A stretch of 33,874 nt of DNA from a virus (Duplodnaviria > Caudoviricetes): positions 1 through 33,874 of the IMG/VR virus record IMGVR_UViG_3300010964_000013; one strand, given 5' to 3'. Positions 14,147 through 22,586 of the stretch are shown here, in pieces; positions within the stretch are counted from its first letter, which is position 1, and each line of letters begins with the position of its first letter. A program made the position numbers and the translations under genes. The notes below the pieces were generated by a model. It worked only from the letters and a program-made list of their open reading frames with translations. It was not told where the DNA came from and searched no databases.

Positions 14147-15880
14147 ATGGCGGTGCGCACGAGAGCGGAGCCACCGCGCCCCGCTGCTCTGGCGCGGTGG
14201 CCGAAAGCGACGTGGGACGGCGCGGTTTGGCGCGACGGCCCGTACTGGTACGACGAGGCGGCGGCCGATGCGGCCGCCCGGTTCTTCCCTGATCACCTCG
14301 TGTTCACCGAGGGCGAATGGGCCGGCCGGCCCTTCGTCCTGGAGCCGTGGGAAGAACATGACATCGTGCGCCCGGCATTCGGCTGGAAGCGCGCCGACGG
14401 CACGCGACGATTTCGCCGCGTGTTCATCTGGATCGCGCGCAAGAACGGCAAGACGGAACTCGCGGCAGGGATCGCGTTGCTGATGCTGCTCGGTGACGGC
14501 GAGATGGGAGGTCAGGTGTTCTCGATCGCGAGCGAGAAGGATCAGGCCGCGATCGTGTTCCGCAAGGCGTCGACCATGGTCGAGCGCGCGCATGCGCTGA
14601 CGGCCGCGCCTCCTGACGGTGCCGGCCTGATCTGTCTCAAGGAGTCGATCTATTGCCCGCCGCTCAACGCCTCGTTCCGGCCGCTCTCCGGCAAGCCGCA
14701 GGGCAAGCACGGCCTCAACATGAGCGGGCTCGTCGGTGACGAGATCCACGAGTGGCCGGGCGGTGATCTCTACACCTTCGTGCACGACTCGGCCGCGGCG
14801 CGCCGTCAGCCGCTCGAATTCCTGATCAGCACGGCCGGCCAGAAAGGCACCCACGGCGAAGAGGTGTGGCAGGAGTGCCAGGCGATCTTGTCCGGCGACG
14901 TCGACGATCCGGAGACCATGGTGGTGGTCTACGCGCCCGGCGAGGACGACGATTGGACGCGCGAGGAGACGTGGCGCAAGGCCAACCCGAACTGGGGCAA
15001 GAGCGTCAAGATCGAGACGTTCATGGCCGACTTCAATCGCGCGCGTCAGCTCCCGCGTCTGGAGAACGATTTCAAACGCTACCGCCTCAACATGTGGACC
15101 GATCAGTCCGTGAAGTGGCTGCCGGACGACGCGGTGGACGACGACGGAAATCGCTTCGGCTGGGCGCACTGCGTCGGACCGACGCCGTGGCAGAATCTGC
15201 CCGAGATGCTGGTCGGCAAACGCTGCTTCGGCGGCCTCGATCTCTCCGCCGTCAACGATCTGTCTGGCCTCGTGTGGTGGTTTCCGGCGCAGCCAGGTCT
15301 TGAGGCGCCGGTCGTGTTGCCGCGCTTCTGGAAGCCGCAACAGCTCGTCAAGGCGCACGCGCGGCGTGATCGCCTGCCCTACGATCGATGGGTGCAGGAC
15401 GGCGCGCTGCTCACCACGCCCGGCAACGTCGTGGATTACGAGTTCATCCGCCGCCAGATCCTGGAGGACGCCGAGCGGTACAAGATCGCCTTCACCGGCG
15501 CGGCCAATCGCGAGCCGCACCAGGGCGGACTCGCAATCGACCGCTGGAACGCGGTCGAGACGAGCGTCAAGCTCACGCAAGAGGGCTTGCCCGTCGTGCT
15601 GTTCGGCCAGGGCTTCGCCTCCATGTCGGCACCCGCGAAGGTGCTGGAGCAACTGGTGCTGAAGAACGGCTTCCATCACGGCGGCCATCCCGTGCTGTGG
15701 CGTCACGCCAAGGCGGCGGCGGTCGCCACCGACGCGGCCGACAACATCAAGCCGGACAAGGACGCCTCGTCGATCCGCATCGACGGCATCGTGGCGCTCG
15801 TGATGGCGCTCGGCCTCGCGGCACACGATGTGCCGGAAGTCGATCTGGACGACTTCCTCCGCAACGCGGTGATGGCATGA
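14147..15880 (+). CDS. terL: Terminase large subunit
   Basis: IARKNGKT (Walker A), VGDEIHEW (Walker B), ISTAG, WRKANP, GGLDLS, RIDGIVALVMA. Confidence 0.97.
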   Translation: MAVRTRAEPPRPAALARWPKATWDGAVWRDGPYWYDEAAADAAARFFPDHLVFTEGEWAGRPFVLEPWEEHDIVRPAFGWKRADGTRRFRRVFIWIARKNGKTELAAGIALLMLLGDGEMGGQVFSIASEKDQAAIVFRKASTMVERAHALTAAPPDGAGLICLKESIYCPPLNASFRPLSGKPQGKHGLNMSGLVGDEIHEWPGGDLYTFVHDSAAARRQPLEFLISTAGQKGTHGEEVWQECQAILSGDVDDPETMVVVYAPGEDDDWTREETWRKANPNWGKSVKIETFMADFNRARQLPRLENDFKRYRLNMWTDQSVKWLPDDAVDDDGNRFGWAHCVGPTPWQNLPEMLVGKRCFGGLDLSAVNDLSGLVWWFPAQPGLEAPVVLPRFWKPQQLVKAHARRDRLPYDRWVQDGALLTTPGNVVDYEFIRRQILEDAERYKIAFTGAANREPHQGGLAIDRWNAVETSVKLTQEGLPVVLFGQGFASMSAPAKVLEQLVLKNGFHHGGHPVLWRHAKAAAVATDAADNIKPDKDASSIRIDGIVALVMALGLAAHDVPEVDLDDFLRNAVMA

Positions 15881-17139
15881 GCTGGGGGTTGATGCAGTGG
15901 TGGCGCCGACCTGCGCTCAAGGTGCAGGACCCGGACAACGGCCGTCGCGGTAAGTCCGACACCTGGGCGGGCCGCGACGTGGGGCCGGACGGCGCCATGC
16001 AGCTCGCGGCCTGGTGGGCCTGCGTCCGGCTGATCGCCGAGACGGTCGCGACGCTGCCGCTCGCCGTGTACCGGCGCAACGCGGACGGCAGCAAGGCGCC
16101 GGACAGCGATCACGCCCTGTACGCGCTGATCCACGACAGTCCGAACGCAGATCAGACCGCGGCGGAATTTTGGGAGGGCGTGGTCCTTTCGCTCTGCACG
16201 TTCGGTAACGCATTCGCGCTCAAGGAGTTCGCGGGCGGGAGGCTGGTCGCGTTGACGCCGCTCTCGGCCGCGCCCGGCGACATGGACGTTCGGGTCGATC
16301 GGGATGGTGCGATCCGCTATCGCTTCGCCTATCGGGGCCGACGCTACGATCTGACCGAGGATGCGGTCTTCCACGTCCGCGGCTTTGGGGCCGGTGGCCC
16401 ACTCGGCCTGTCGCCGGTCGCCTGCGCGCGCCAGTCGCTCGGCATCGCCGAGGGCGTGGCGGCGTCGGCCGGAACGTTGTTCCGGCAAGGCATGAAGTCC
16501 TCGGTATTCTTCACCTCGCCGGGCGGGGTCATCCTCAAGCCCGATCAGCGCAGCGATTTCCGGAAGACCTTCATCGATCCGTATCTCGGCGCCGAAGGAG
16601 CCGCGGCTGGCATCCTGGAGGGCGGGTTCGACGTCAAGGCCGTGTCGTTGCCGCCGCGAGATGCCGAGATGCTGATGAGCTGGAAATTTTCCGTGGAAGA
16701 GATCTGCCGCTGGCACCGGGTGCCGCCGATCCTGATCGGCCACGCCGCCGAGGGCCAGACGATGTGGGGCAGCGGGATCGAGCAGATCATGCTCGGCTGG
16801 CTCACGCTCGGCCTGCGCCCCTACCTTACGAGGATCGAGCAGGCGATCAAGAAGCGCCTGATCGCGGCGGGCGAACGGCGGACCGTGTTTGCCGAGTTCA
16901 ACGTCGAGGGTCTGCTGCGGGCCGACAGCACGGGGCGCGCTGCGCTTCTCTCGTCGCTGGCGCAGAACGGTTATCTCACCCGCAACGAGGGGCGCTCCCT
17001 CGATAACCGCCCGCCGATGCCCGGCGGCGACGTCCTCACCGTCCAGTCCAATCTTGTCCCGCTCGACATGCTCGGCAAGGTCCCGGCAGCCCGGGTGCAG
17101 CCGGCGCCGGGCGACCCGATTCTGGAGCCCGCGCCATGA
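15877..17139 (+). CDS. Portal protein, HK97 family
   Basis: ACVRLIAETVATLPL, GNAF, VFHVRGF, GLSPV, EEICRWHRVPP, TRNEGR; ATGA overlaps at both ends. Confidence 0.95.
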   Translation: MSWGLMQWWRRPALKVQDPDNGRRGKSDTWAGRDVGPDGAMQLAAWWACVRLIAETVATLPLAVYRRNADGSKAPDSDHALYALIHDSPNADQTAAEFWEGVVLSLCTFGNAFALKEFAGGRLVALTPLSAAPGDMDVRVDRDGAIRYRFAYRGRRYDLTEDAVFHVRGFGAGGPLGLSPVACARQSLGIAEGVAASAGTLFRQGMKSSVFFTSPGGVILKPDQRSDFRKTFIDPYLGAEGAAAGILEGGFDVKAVSLPPRDAEMLMSWKFSVEEICRWHRVPPILIGHAAEGQTMWGSGIEQIMLGWLTLGLRPYLTRIEQAIKKRLIAAGERRTVFAEFNVEGLLRADSTGRAALLSSLAQNGYLTRNEGRSLDNRPPMPGGDVLTVQSNLVPLDMLGKVPAARVQPAPGDPILEPAP

Positions 17140-17804
17140 GCAGCATGAAGACCAAGGACTTCGCTCTCCAGGTGAAGGCGGTCGACGAGATCGCTGGCAC
17201 GTTCGAGGGATATGCCAGCGTCTACGGCGTGCGCGACAGCTACAACGAGGTCGTGCTGCCCGGTGCTTTCGTCGAAAGCCTGGCGCGCCACAGGCGCGAA
17301 GGCACCAAGCCGCTCATGCTGTGGCAGCACAATCCCGACGAGCCGGTCGGAGTATGGGACGATCTCGCCGAGGACTCGAAGGGCTTGTGGGGTCGTGGCG
17401 TGCTTCTCAAGGGCGTGCGCCGCGCCGACGAGGCGGCCATCATGCTCAAGGCTGGCGCAGTTCAGGGGCTGTCGATCGGCTATCGCGAGATCGACACCGA
17501 GCCGGCGCAGAACGGCGAGCCGCGCAAGCTCGTCAAGCTGGACCTGCTGGAAGTGTCGATCGTGTCGTTCCCGGCGAACCGCCGTGCGCGGATCGATGCC
17601 GTGAAGCAGGCCCTTGTCGACGGCACCTTGCCGTCGCTTCCAGAGTTCGAGCGTTTCCTGCGCGAGGCAGGATTCTCGAAGACGCAGGCCGCGGCGATCG
17701 CCAATCGCGGCCTGTCGCATCTGCTCCGGAGCGAGTCCGAGGGCGCGGCGAGCGAGACCTTGGCCCGGCTTCGTGCCGCGGCGAAGGCGTTTTCCACCAC
17801 CTGA
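17136..17804 (+). CDS. Prohead maturation protease, HK97 family
   Basis: FEGYASVYG, PGAF, MLWQH, GLSIGY, LLEVSIVSFPAN. Confidence 0.95.
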   Translation: MSSMKTKDFALQVKAVDEIAGTFEGYASVYGVRDSYNEVVLPGAFVESLARHRREGTKPLMLWQHNPDEPVGVWDDLAEDSKGLWGRGVLLKGVRRADEAAIMLKAGAVQGLSIGYREIDTEPAQNGEPRKLVKLDLLEVSIVSFPANRRARIDAVKQALVDGTLPSLPEFERFLREAGFSKTQAAAIANRGLSHLLRSESEGAASETLARLRAAAKAFSTT

Positions 17805-17817
17805 GGACATCATCATC

Positions 17818-19038
17818 ATGGCTGATCCGGACAACGATCTGAAGCAGATCGAGAACCTGGCGCGCGAGCTCAAGGCCGCGGCCGACGACGTGAAGAAGCA
17901 GGCCGAGGCCACCCAGGCCGAGATCAAGAACCTCGGCAAGGTCACGGACGAGACCAAGAAGGCGGCCGACGATGCGCTGATCAAGTACAACGAGATCAGC
18001 GCGCGTCTCACCGAGATCGAACAGAAGATGGCCCGGCGCGGTGCGCACGATGACGATCGCCCGATGACGCTCGGCCAGCGCGCCACGCAGGGGCGGGAGG
18101 ACGAGATCAAGTCGCTCATCTCGCGGCGTGGCAAGGTCAACATCGCGGTCAAGGCGATCATCTCGTCGCTCACCACCGATGCCGATGGGTCCGCCGGCGA
18201 CCTCATCGTCCCGCAGCGGCAGGCGGCGATTCTCGGCCTGCCGCAGCGGCGCATGACGATCCGCGATCTGATCACGCCCGGCCGCACCAGCTCGAACGCG
18301 ATCCAGTACGTGAAGGAGACCGGGTTCACGAATGCCGCTGCCACGGTGTCGGAGACGAGCGCGCCGACGAAGCCGCAGTCCGAGATCAAGTTCGACATCG
18401 CCACCACGGCGGTCACCACCATCGCGCATTGGGTTCTGGCGACCCGGCAGATCCTCGACGACGTGCCCCAGCTCCAGAGCTACATCGACGGGCGGCTGCG
18501 CTACGGCCTGATGTATGTCGAGGAGAACCAGCTTCTCAATGGTGGCGGCACCGGGACGGACCTGAACGGCATCTACACGCAGGCGACCGCCTACGCCGCC
18601 CCGATCGTCCCGACCGCGGCCGGCAATCTCACCAAGATCGACGTGATCCGTCTCGCGATGCTCCAGGCCATGTTGTCCGAGTATCCGGCCAGCGGCATCG
18701 TGATGCACCCGTCCGATTGGGCGGACATCGAGCTGACCAAGACGGACGAGGGCGCCTATCTGTTCGCGAATCCGCAAGGCGGCGTCGAGCCGCGGCTGTG
18801 GCGGCTGCCGGTGGTCGAGACGCAGGCGATGACGCTCGATCGTTTCCTGGTCGGCGCCTTCCAGCTCGGCGCCCAGATCTTCGACCGTGCCGACGCCACG
18901 GTCGAGATCAGCACCGAGGACTCGGACAACTTCCGCAAGAACCTCGTGACGATCCTGGCTGAACAACGGCTCGCTCTCGCGGTGTATCGGCCCGAAGCCT
19001 TCATCAAGGGCACGTTCGCGACCGCCCTGGCGGCGTGA
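17818..19038 (+). CDS. Major capsid protein, HK97 fold with a delta domain
   Basis: N-terminal coiled coil, then IRDLI, E...KP.S, QLLNGGGTG..L.GI, RLWRLPVV, DNFRKNLVTILAEQRLALAVYRPEAF. Confidence 0.96.
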   Translation: MADPDNDLKQIENLARELKAAADDVKKQAEATQAEIKNLGKVTDETKKAADDALIKYNEISARLTEIEQKMARRGAHDDDRPMTLGQRATQGREDEIKSLISRRGKVNIAVKAIISSLTTDADGSAGDLIVPQRQAAILGLPQRRMTIRDLITPGRTSSNAIQYVKETGFTNAAATVSETSAPTKPQSEIKFDIATTAVTTIAHWVLATRQILDDVPQLQSYIDGRLRYGLMYVEENQLLNGGGTGTDLNGIYTQATAYAAPIVPTAAGNLTKIDVIRLAMLQAMLSEYPASGIVMHPSDWADIELTKTDEGAYLFANPQGGVEPRLWRLPVVETQAMTLDRFLVGAFQLGAQIFDRADATVEISTEDSDNFRKNLVTILAEQRLALAVYRPEAFIKGTFATALAA

Positions 19039-19052
19039 CGGCGTCCGCATCA

Positions 19053-19076
19053 GGGCCGCCCGCACGCGGGCGGCCC
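19053..19076 (+). terminator. GC hairpin after the capsid gene (GGGCCGCCCG-CACG-CGGGCGGCCC)
   Basis: Perfect 10-bp stem just after the capsid stop; no U-tract, so it may be a stabiliser or attenuator. Confidence 0.5.
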
Positions 19077-19094
19077 GCCACCAGGGAGAGAACG

Positions 19095-19379
19095 ATGAAG
19101 ATGCGAGCCGTGGATCAGCTCCACATCAGTGCCGTCCGGCCTGACGTCATCGCGGCCGGGGAGGAATTCGAGATCGAAGACGGCGAGGGCGCTAAGCTCG
19201 CGTCGCGCGGCCTCGCGAGGGTGATCGAGGTCGCCGAGAAGGCGGCGCCGGCGCCGAGCAACAAGTCCGAGCCCCCGCCTGCCAACAAGTCCGAGGCCGC
19301 TGGCGCCGCCAGCGCGGAGCACACCCAGACCCAGCAGGCCGACCAACCCACGCGCGGGAAGCGCGGCAATAAGCACTGA
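19095..19379 (+). CDS. Small post-capsid protein
   Basis: GGGAGAG RBS; GEEFEI....A..L...GLA and P.NK repeats typical of this gene position. Confidence 0.75.
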   Translation: MKMRAVDQLHISAVRPDVIAAGEEFEIEDGEGAKLASRGLARVIEVAEKAAPAPSNKSEPPPANKSEAAGAASAEHTQTQQADQPTRGKRGNKH

Positions 19380-19409
19380 GCGTGCTGACCATGCTCTGAG
19401 GAGATCACC

Positions 19410-19775
19410 ATGCGACGATACAAGGTCACCGTCACCACCGCGGCCGATGGCTCCGCCACGGCCTACTCGCCGCGGATCGCCGGCAGGATCGAGCAGATCG
19501 AGTACGTCAAGGGCGACTTCGCCGATGGCGTGGACTTCGCCATCACGGGCGAGGCGACCGGCGTCGGCCTGTGGAGCGAGAGCAACGTGAATGCGTCGGC
19601 GGTCCGCGCACCGCGGCAGCCGACTCATTCGCAGGTGGGGGCGGCGCTGCTCTATGCCGCCGGCGGCGCCGCGGTGGCGGACAAGATCGCGCTCGCCAGC
19701 GATCGTGTGAAGATCGTGATCGCCCAGGGCGGCAATGCCAAGACGGGCACGTTCCACATCCTGGTCGACGACTGA
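19410..19775 (+). CDS. Hypothetical beta-rich virion protein (possible capsid decoration)
   Basis: GAGGAG RBS; strongly GC3-biased codons; lies between the capsid and connector genes. Confidence 0.7.
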   Translation: MRRYKVTVTTAADGSATAYSPRIAGRIEQIEYVKGDFADGVDFAITGEATGVGLWSESNVNASAVRAPRQPTHSQVGAALLYAAGGAAVADKIALASDRVKIVIAQGGNAKTGTFHILVDD

Positions 19776-19777
19776 TC

Positions 19778-20371
19778 ATGACCCCGGTACTCATCACGGC
19801 GCCGACGGTGCCGCTCGTCTCTCTCGACGACGCGAAGCGGCACCTGCGCGTCGACCACAGCGACGACGACGTGCTGATCACCGGCTTAGTGGCGGCTGTC
19901 GCGACCAAGCTCGATCCGGCGCTCGGCGGCGTGCTCGGCCGCGCGTTGCGGCCCGCCACATGGGAGCTACGGTTTCCGCACTTTCCGTGCGGCAAGATCG
20001 AGCTACCGTATCCGCCATGCACGGCGATTGCCTCGATCGAGTACGACGGATTCGATGGGATCACCCGTACGCTGGCCGAGTTCGTCCACTACCGGGTGTT
20101 CCTCCGGCCGGCCGATAGAAGCTTCGTCACACCTATCTACGGCGGATCGTGGCCCTCCGCGCGCGGCGACTACGAGTCGGTGCGGATCAGGTACACTGCC
20201 GGTTATGCGATTGCCGGAGGCGAAGACAGCCTACCAGCCGCGATCAAGGAGTGGGTGCTGCTCCAGCTCGGCACGCTGTACGAGCACCGGGAGACGGTGG
20301 TGACCGCGCCGGCTGCGGTGCTGCCGGCCGATGTCGACACCTTGATCCTGCCCTTCCGCGTCTTCGGCTGA
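19778..20371 (+). CDS. Head-tail connector (HK97 gp6 / phiE125 gp8-like)
   Basis: VSLDDAKRHLRVD..DDD.LI, LGRAL...TW, VRIRYTAGY, P.AIK..VL...G.LYEHRE. Confidence 0.92.
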   Translation: MTPVLITAPTVPLVSLDDAKRHLRVDHSDDDVLITGLVAAVATKLDPALGGVLGRALRPATWELRFPHFPCGKIELPYPPCTAIASIEYDGFDGITRTLAEFVHYRVFLRPADRSFVTPIYGGSWPSARGDYESVRIRYTAGYAIAGGEDSLPAAIKEWVLLQLGTLYEHRETVVTAPAAVLPADVDTLILPFRVFG

Positions 20372-20383
20372 CGAGGTGATGAG

Positions 20384-20740
20384 ATGCCGATCAGCCGCAC
20401 GGGTGCCGGCTCGCTCGACAGACGAATCGCTTTCGATCGTCGCATGGAGACGAGCGACGAGTATGGGGGCGTCGAGGCCGAATGGGTCGAAGGCTTCGTC
20501 GTCGCCGCCTCCGTCACCCCGCGGCTCGGCGGCGAAACCGTGATGGCGGCGCGGCTCGCCGGGACCGCCCCCGTCACCATCATGGTCCGGCGCTCGGTTC
20601 AGACCGCCGCCGTGACATCCGCCTGGCGAGCGCGGGATGTCCGGAGTGGCGAGACATACAACATCCGGTCGATCGCCGCGGTGGGCGGTGCCCGTGGTCG
20701 CTACATCGAGATGCTGGCGGAATCCGGAGTCCCCGCATGA
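20384..20740 (+). CDS. Head closure / head-tail adaptor (SPP1 gp16-like)
   Basis: AGSLDRRIAF, DEYGG...W, GGE, YNIRSI. Confidence 0.88.
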   Translation: MPISRTGAGSLDRRIAFDRRMETSDEYGGVEAEWVEGFVVAASVTPRLGGETVMAARLAGTAPVTIMVRRSVQTAAVTSAWRARDVRSGETYNIRSIAAVGGARGRYIEMLAESGVPA

Positions 20741-21144
20741 CGGCCGACGCCACGTTGCCGCTTCAGGCCGCGATCATCGCTGCGCTCAAGGGAGATGCCG
20801 CCGTGGCTGCGATCGTCTCCGGCCGCATCTACGATCGGCCGCCTCCCGAGGCGGTCAAGCCCTATGTCTCGTTCGGCGTTGTGCAGGCGCTGCCGGAGAC
20901 CGCCGACGAGTACGACGGCGCCGAAATCACCGTGCAGCTCGACGTCTGGTCGGCGAAGCCGACGACCGTCGAAGCCAAGCGGATCGGAGCCGCGATCCGC
21001 GCGGCGCTCCACGGCGCCGATCTCGCCATCACCGGCCATCGTCTCGTCTCGATCGAGATCGAACAGGCCCGTTACATCACCGAGCCGGACGGCCTCACGC
21101 AGCATGCCGTTCTCATCTTCACGGCTCGCACCGAGCCGGTCTAG
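20737..21144 (+). CDS. Tail terminator, DUF3168 family
   Basis: LQAAIIAALKGD..V..IV.GRIYD.PP, PYVSFG, LDVWS, EAKRI..AIRAAL. Confidence 0.9.
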   Translation: MTADATLPLQAAIIAALKGDAAVAAIVSGRIYDRPPPEAVKPYVSFGVVQALPETADEYDGAEITVQLDVWSAKPTTVEAKRIGAAIRAALHGADLAITGHRLVSIEIEQARYITEPDGLTQHAVLIFTARTEPV

Positions 21145-21156
21145 GAGGAGTGTCAC

Positions 21157-21603
21157 ATGGCGAAGCCGACCACGCAGCGGTGGACCAAGCTCTCGATCTG
21201 GCCGGGCGACGGCGCGTCGCCGGAGGATTTCACGTCGAAGGTCTGCGGCCTCACCAGCAAGGGCATCAGCTTCTCGGCGAGCACGTCGGACAGCAACGTC
21301 CCCGACTGTGACAATCCCGACGCGCCGTCGTGGACGGAGCGGGTCGCGCAAGCGCTGTCGTCGACGGTCTCGGGCTCCGGAGTGATGGCCGAAGAGACGT
21401 TCGCGTTCTGGCGTGACTGGTTCCTCTCGGGCGCGCCGAAGAACGTGCGCATCGTCCTCGGCCTCACCGCGCCCGGATACTTCGCCGGGTCCTATCTGCT
21501 GACCTCGTTCGAGCTGACCGGCAACCAGGGCGACGGCAAGGTGCAGGTCTCGCTCCAGCTCCAGAGCGACGGGCCGGTCTCCTGGACGACGGGAGCGCCG
21601 TGA
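21157..21603 (+). CDS. Major tail (tube) protein, GTA-like
   Basis: AGGAGG RBS; GDGASPEDF...CGLTSK, PDCDNPD.P.W, SGSGV, SDGPVSW. Confidence 0.9.
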   Translation: MAKPTTQRWTKLSIWPGDGASPEDFTSKVCGLTSKGISFSASTSDSNVPDCDNPDAPSWTERVAQALSSTVSGSGVMAEETFAFWRDWFLSGAPKNVRIVLGLTAPGYFAGSYLLTSFELTGNQGDGKVQVSLQLQSDGPVSWTTGAP

Positions 21604-21986
21604 TGCCGGCCGACGACGAGCTGCGGCGCTACTTCCGCGATCTGCCGTTCGCCGTGAAGCGCAAGGTGGCCCAGGCGATCAAGGATCAGGCCGACGGCTT
21701 GGCATCCGAGATCAAGGAGGCCGCTCCGGTGAAGACCGGGCGATTGCGCGATTCGGTGCAGGTGCGCCGCGGTCGCAACACCCTGGAGCTGGTGGTCACG
21801 GCCGGCGGTGAAGCGACCACCGGGGAGGTTCGTGGCGGCTCCGGTGTTGCGTACGATTATGCGCTGGGCACCGAGTTCGGCAACGCGCACGTCGCCGCGC
21901 AGCCGTTCTTCTTCCCGACGTATCGGGAGAAGAAGGACGAGATCGATGCGGCGATCCGAGCGGCGGTCGGGGAGGCGCTGAGCTGA
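21603..21986 (+). CDS. HK97 gp10-like tail completion protein
   Basis: APVKTGRLRDS, YA...EFG...VAAQPFFFP; TGATG overlaps. Confidence 0.88.
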   Translation: MPADDELRRYFRDLPFAVKRKVAQAIKDQADGLASEIKEAAPVKTGRLRDSVQVRRGRNTLELVVTAGGEATTGEVRGGSGVAYDYALGTEFGNAHVAAQPFFFPTYREKKDEIDAAIRAAVGEALS

Positions 21987-22432
21987 TGCCGCACGGAACC
22001 GTTACCATCGTCTGGTCTCACGGCGAGGATCAATTCTGCCTCGCTCAGGTCAAGCACATCCTGTCCCTGGAGGATGCCTGCGGCGTCGGCATTGCGGCTG
22101 TCTTCGGGCGGCTGCTCGCCGGCACCTGGTGCCTGCACGACGTCCGAGAGCCGATCCGGCTCGGCCTGATCGGCGGCGGCATGACCCCCGAGCGCGCGAT
22201 GCAGGTGGTCAAGCGGCATGTCGACGGGAGTCCGCTCGCCGAAAGTGTCGCGGTCGCCCGGGCCGTCATCGAGGCGGTCCTGATCGGCGTGCCGGATGAT
22301 CAGCCGGGAAAACCGGCGGCGGCGGAGGCCGTGGACCCGACATTCACCACGATGACGGACGCCTCCGCCGCTCCGGACTCTACGGGCTCGGCGCCGCTCT
22401 CGGCTTCCCGCCCCGCGCCGTCGACGATATGA
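21986..22432 (+). CDS. Tail assembly chaperone G (GTA gp10-like)
   Basis: LEDACGVG...VF.RL..G.W...DVRE.IRLGLIGGGM.P..A; slippery site at the PGK codons. Confidence 0.85.
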   Translation: MPHGTVTIVWSHGEDQFCLAQVKHILSLEDACGVGIAAVFGRLLAGTWCLHDVREPIRLGLIGGGMTPERAMQVVKRHVDGSPLAESVAVARAVIEAVLIGVPDDQPGKPAAAEAVDPTFTTMTDASAAPDSTGSAPLSASRPAPSTI

Positions 22433-22584
22433 CACTGATCGAGCTGGCGTGGTGTCTGTCCGGCTACAACGCAGCGCACGGCGGCGAAGCAACGCCGCCG
22501 CCACCGACCGCCGACGAGTTCGACGAGATGGCGTCGGAACATCTCGCGCTCGTCTCTCAACTCTCTCCGTCCTGTGATGGCTGA
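22306..22584 (+). CDS. -1 frameshifted extension (G-T product) of the tail chaperone; slippery heptamer G GGA AAA at 22306-22312
   Basis: The -1 frame reads ...LYGLGAALGFPPRAVDDMTLIELAWCLSGYNAAH... to TGA 22582-22584, 2 nt before the tape measure ATG. Confidence 0.8.
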   Translation, partial: GKTGGGGGRGPDIHHDDGRLRRSGLYGLGAALGFPPRAVDDMTLIELAWCLSGYNAAHGGEATPPPPTADEFDEMASEHLALVSQLSPSCDG

Positions 22585-22586
22585 CC

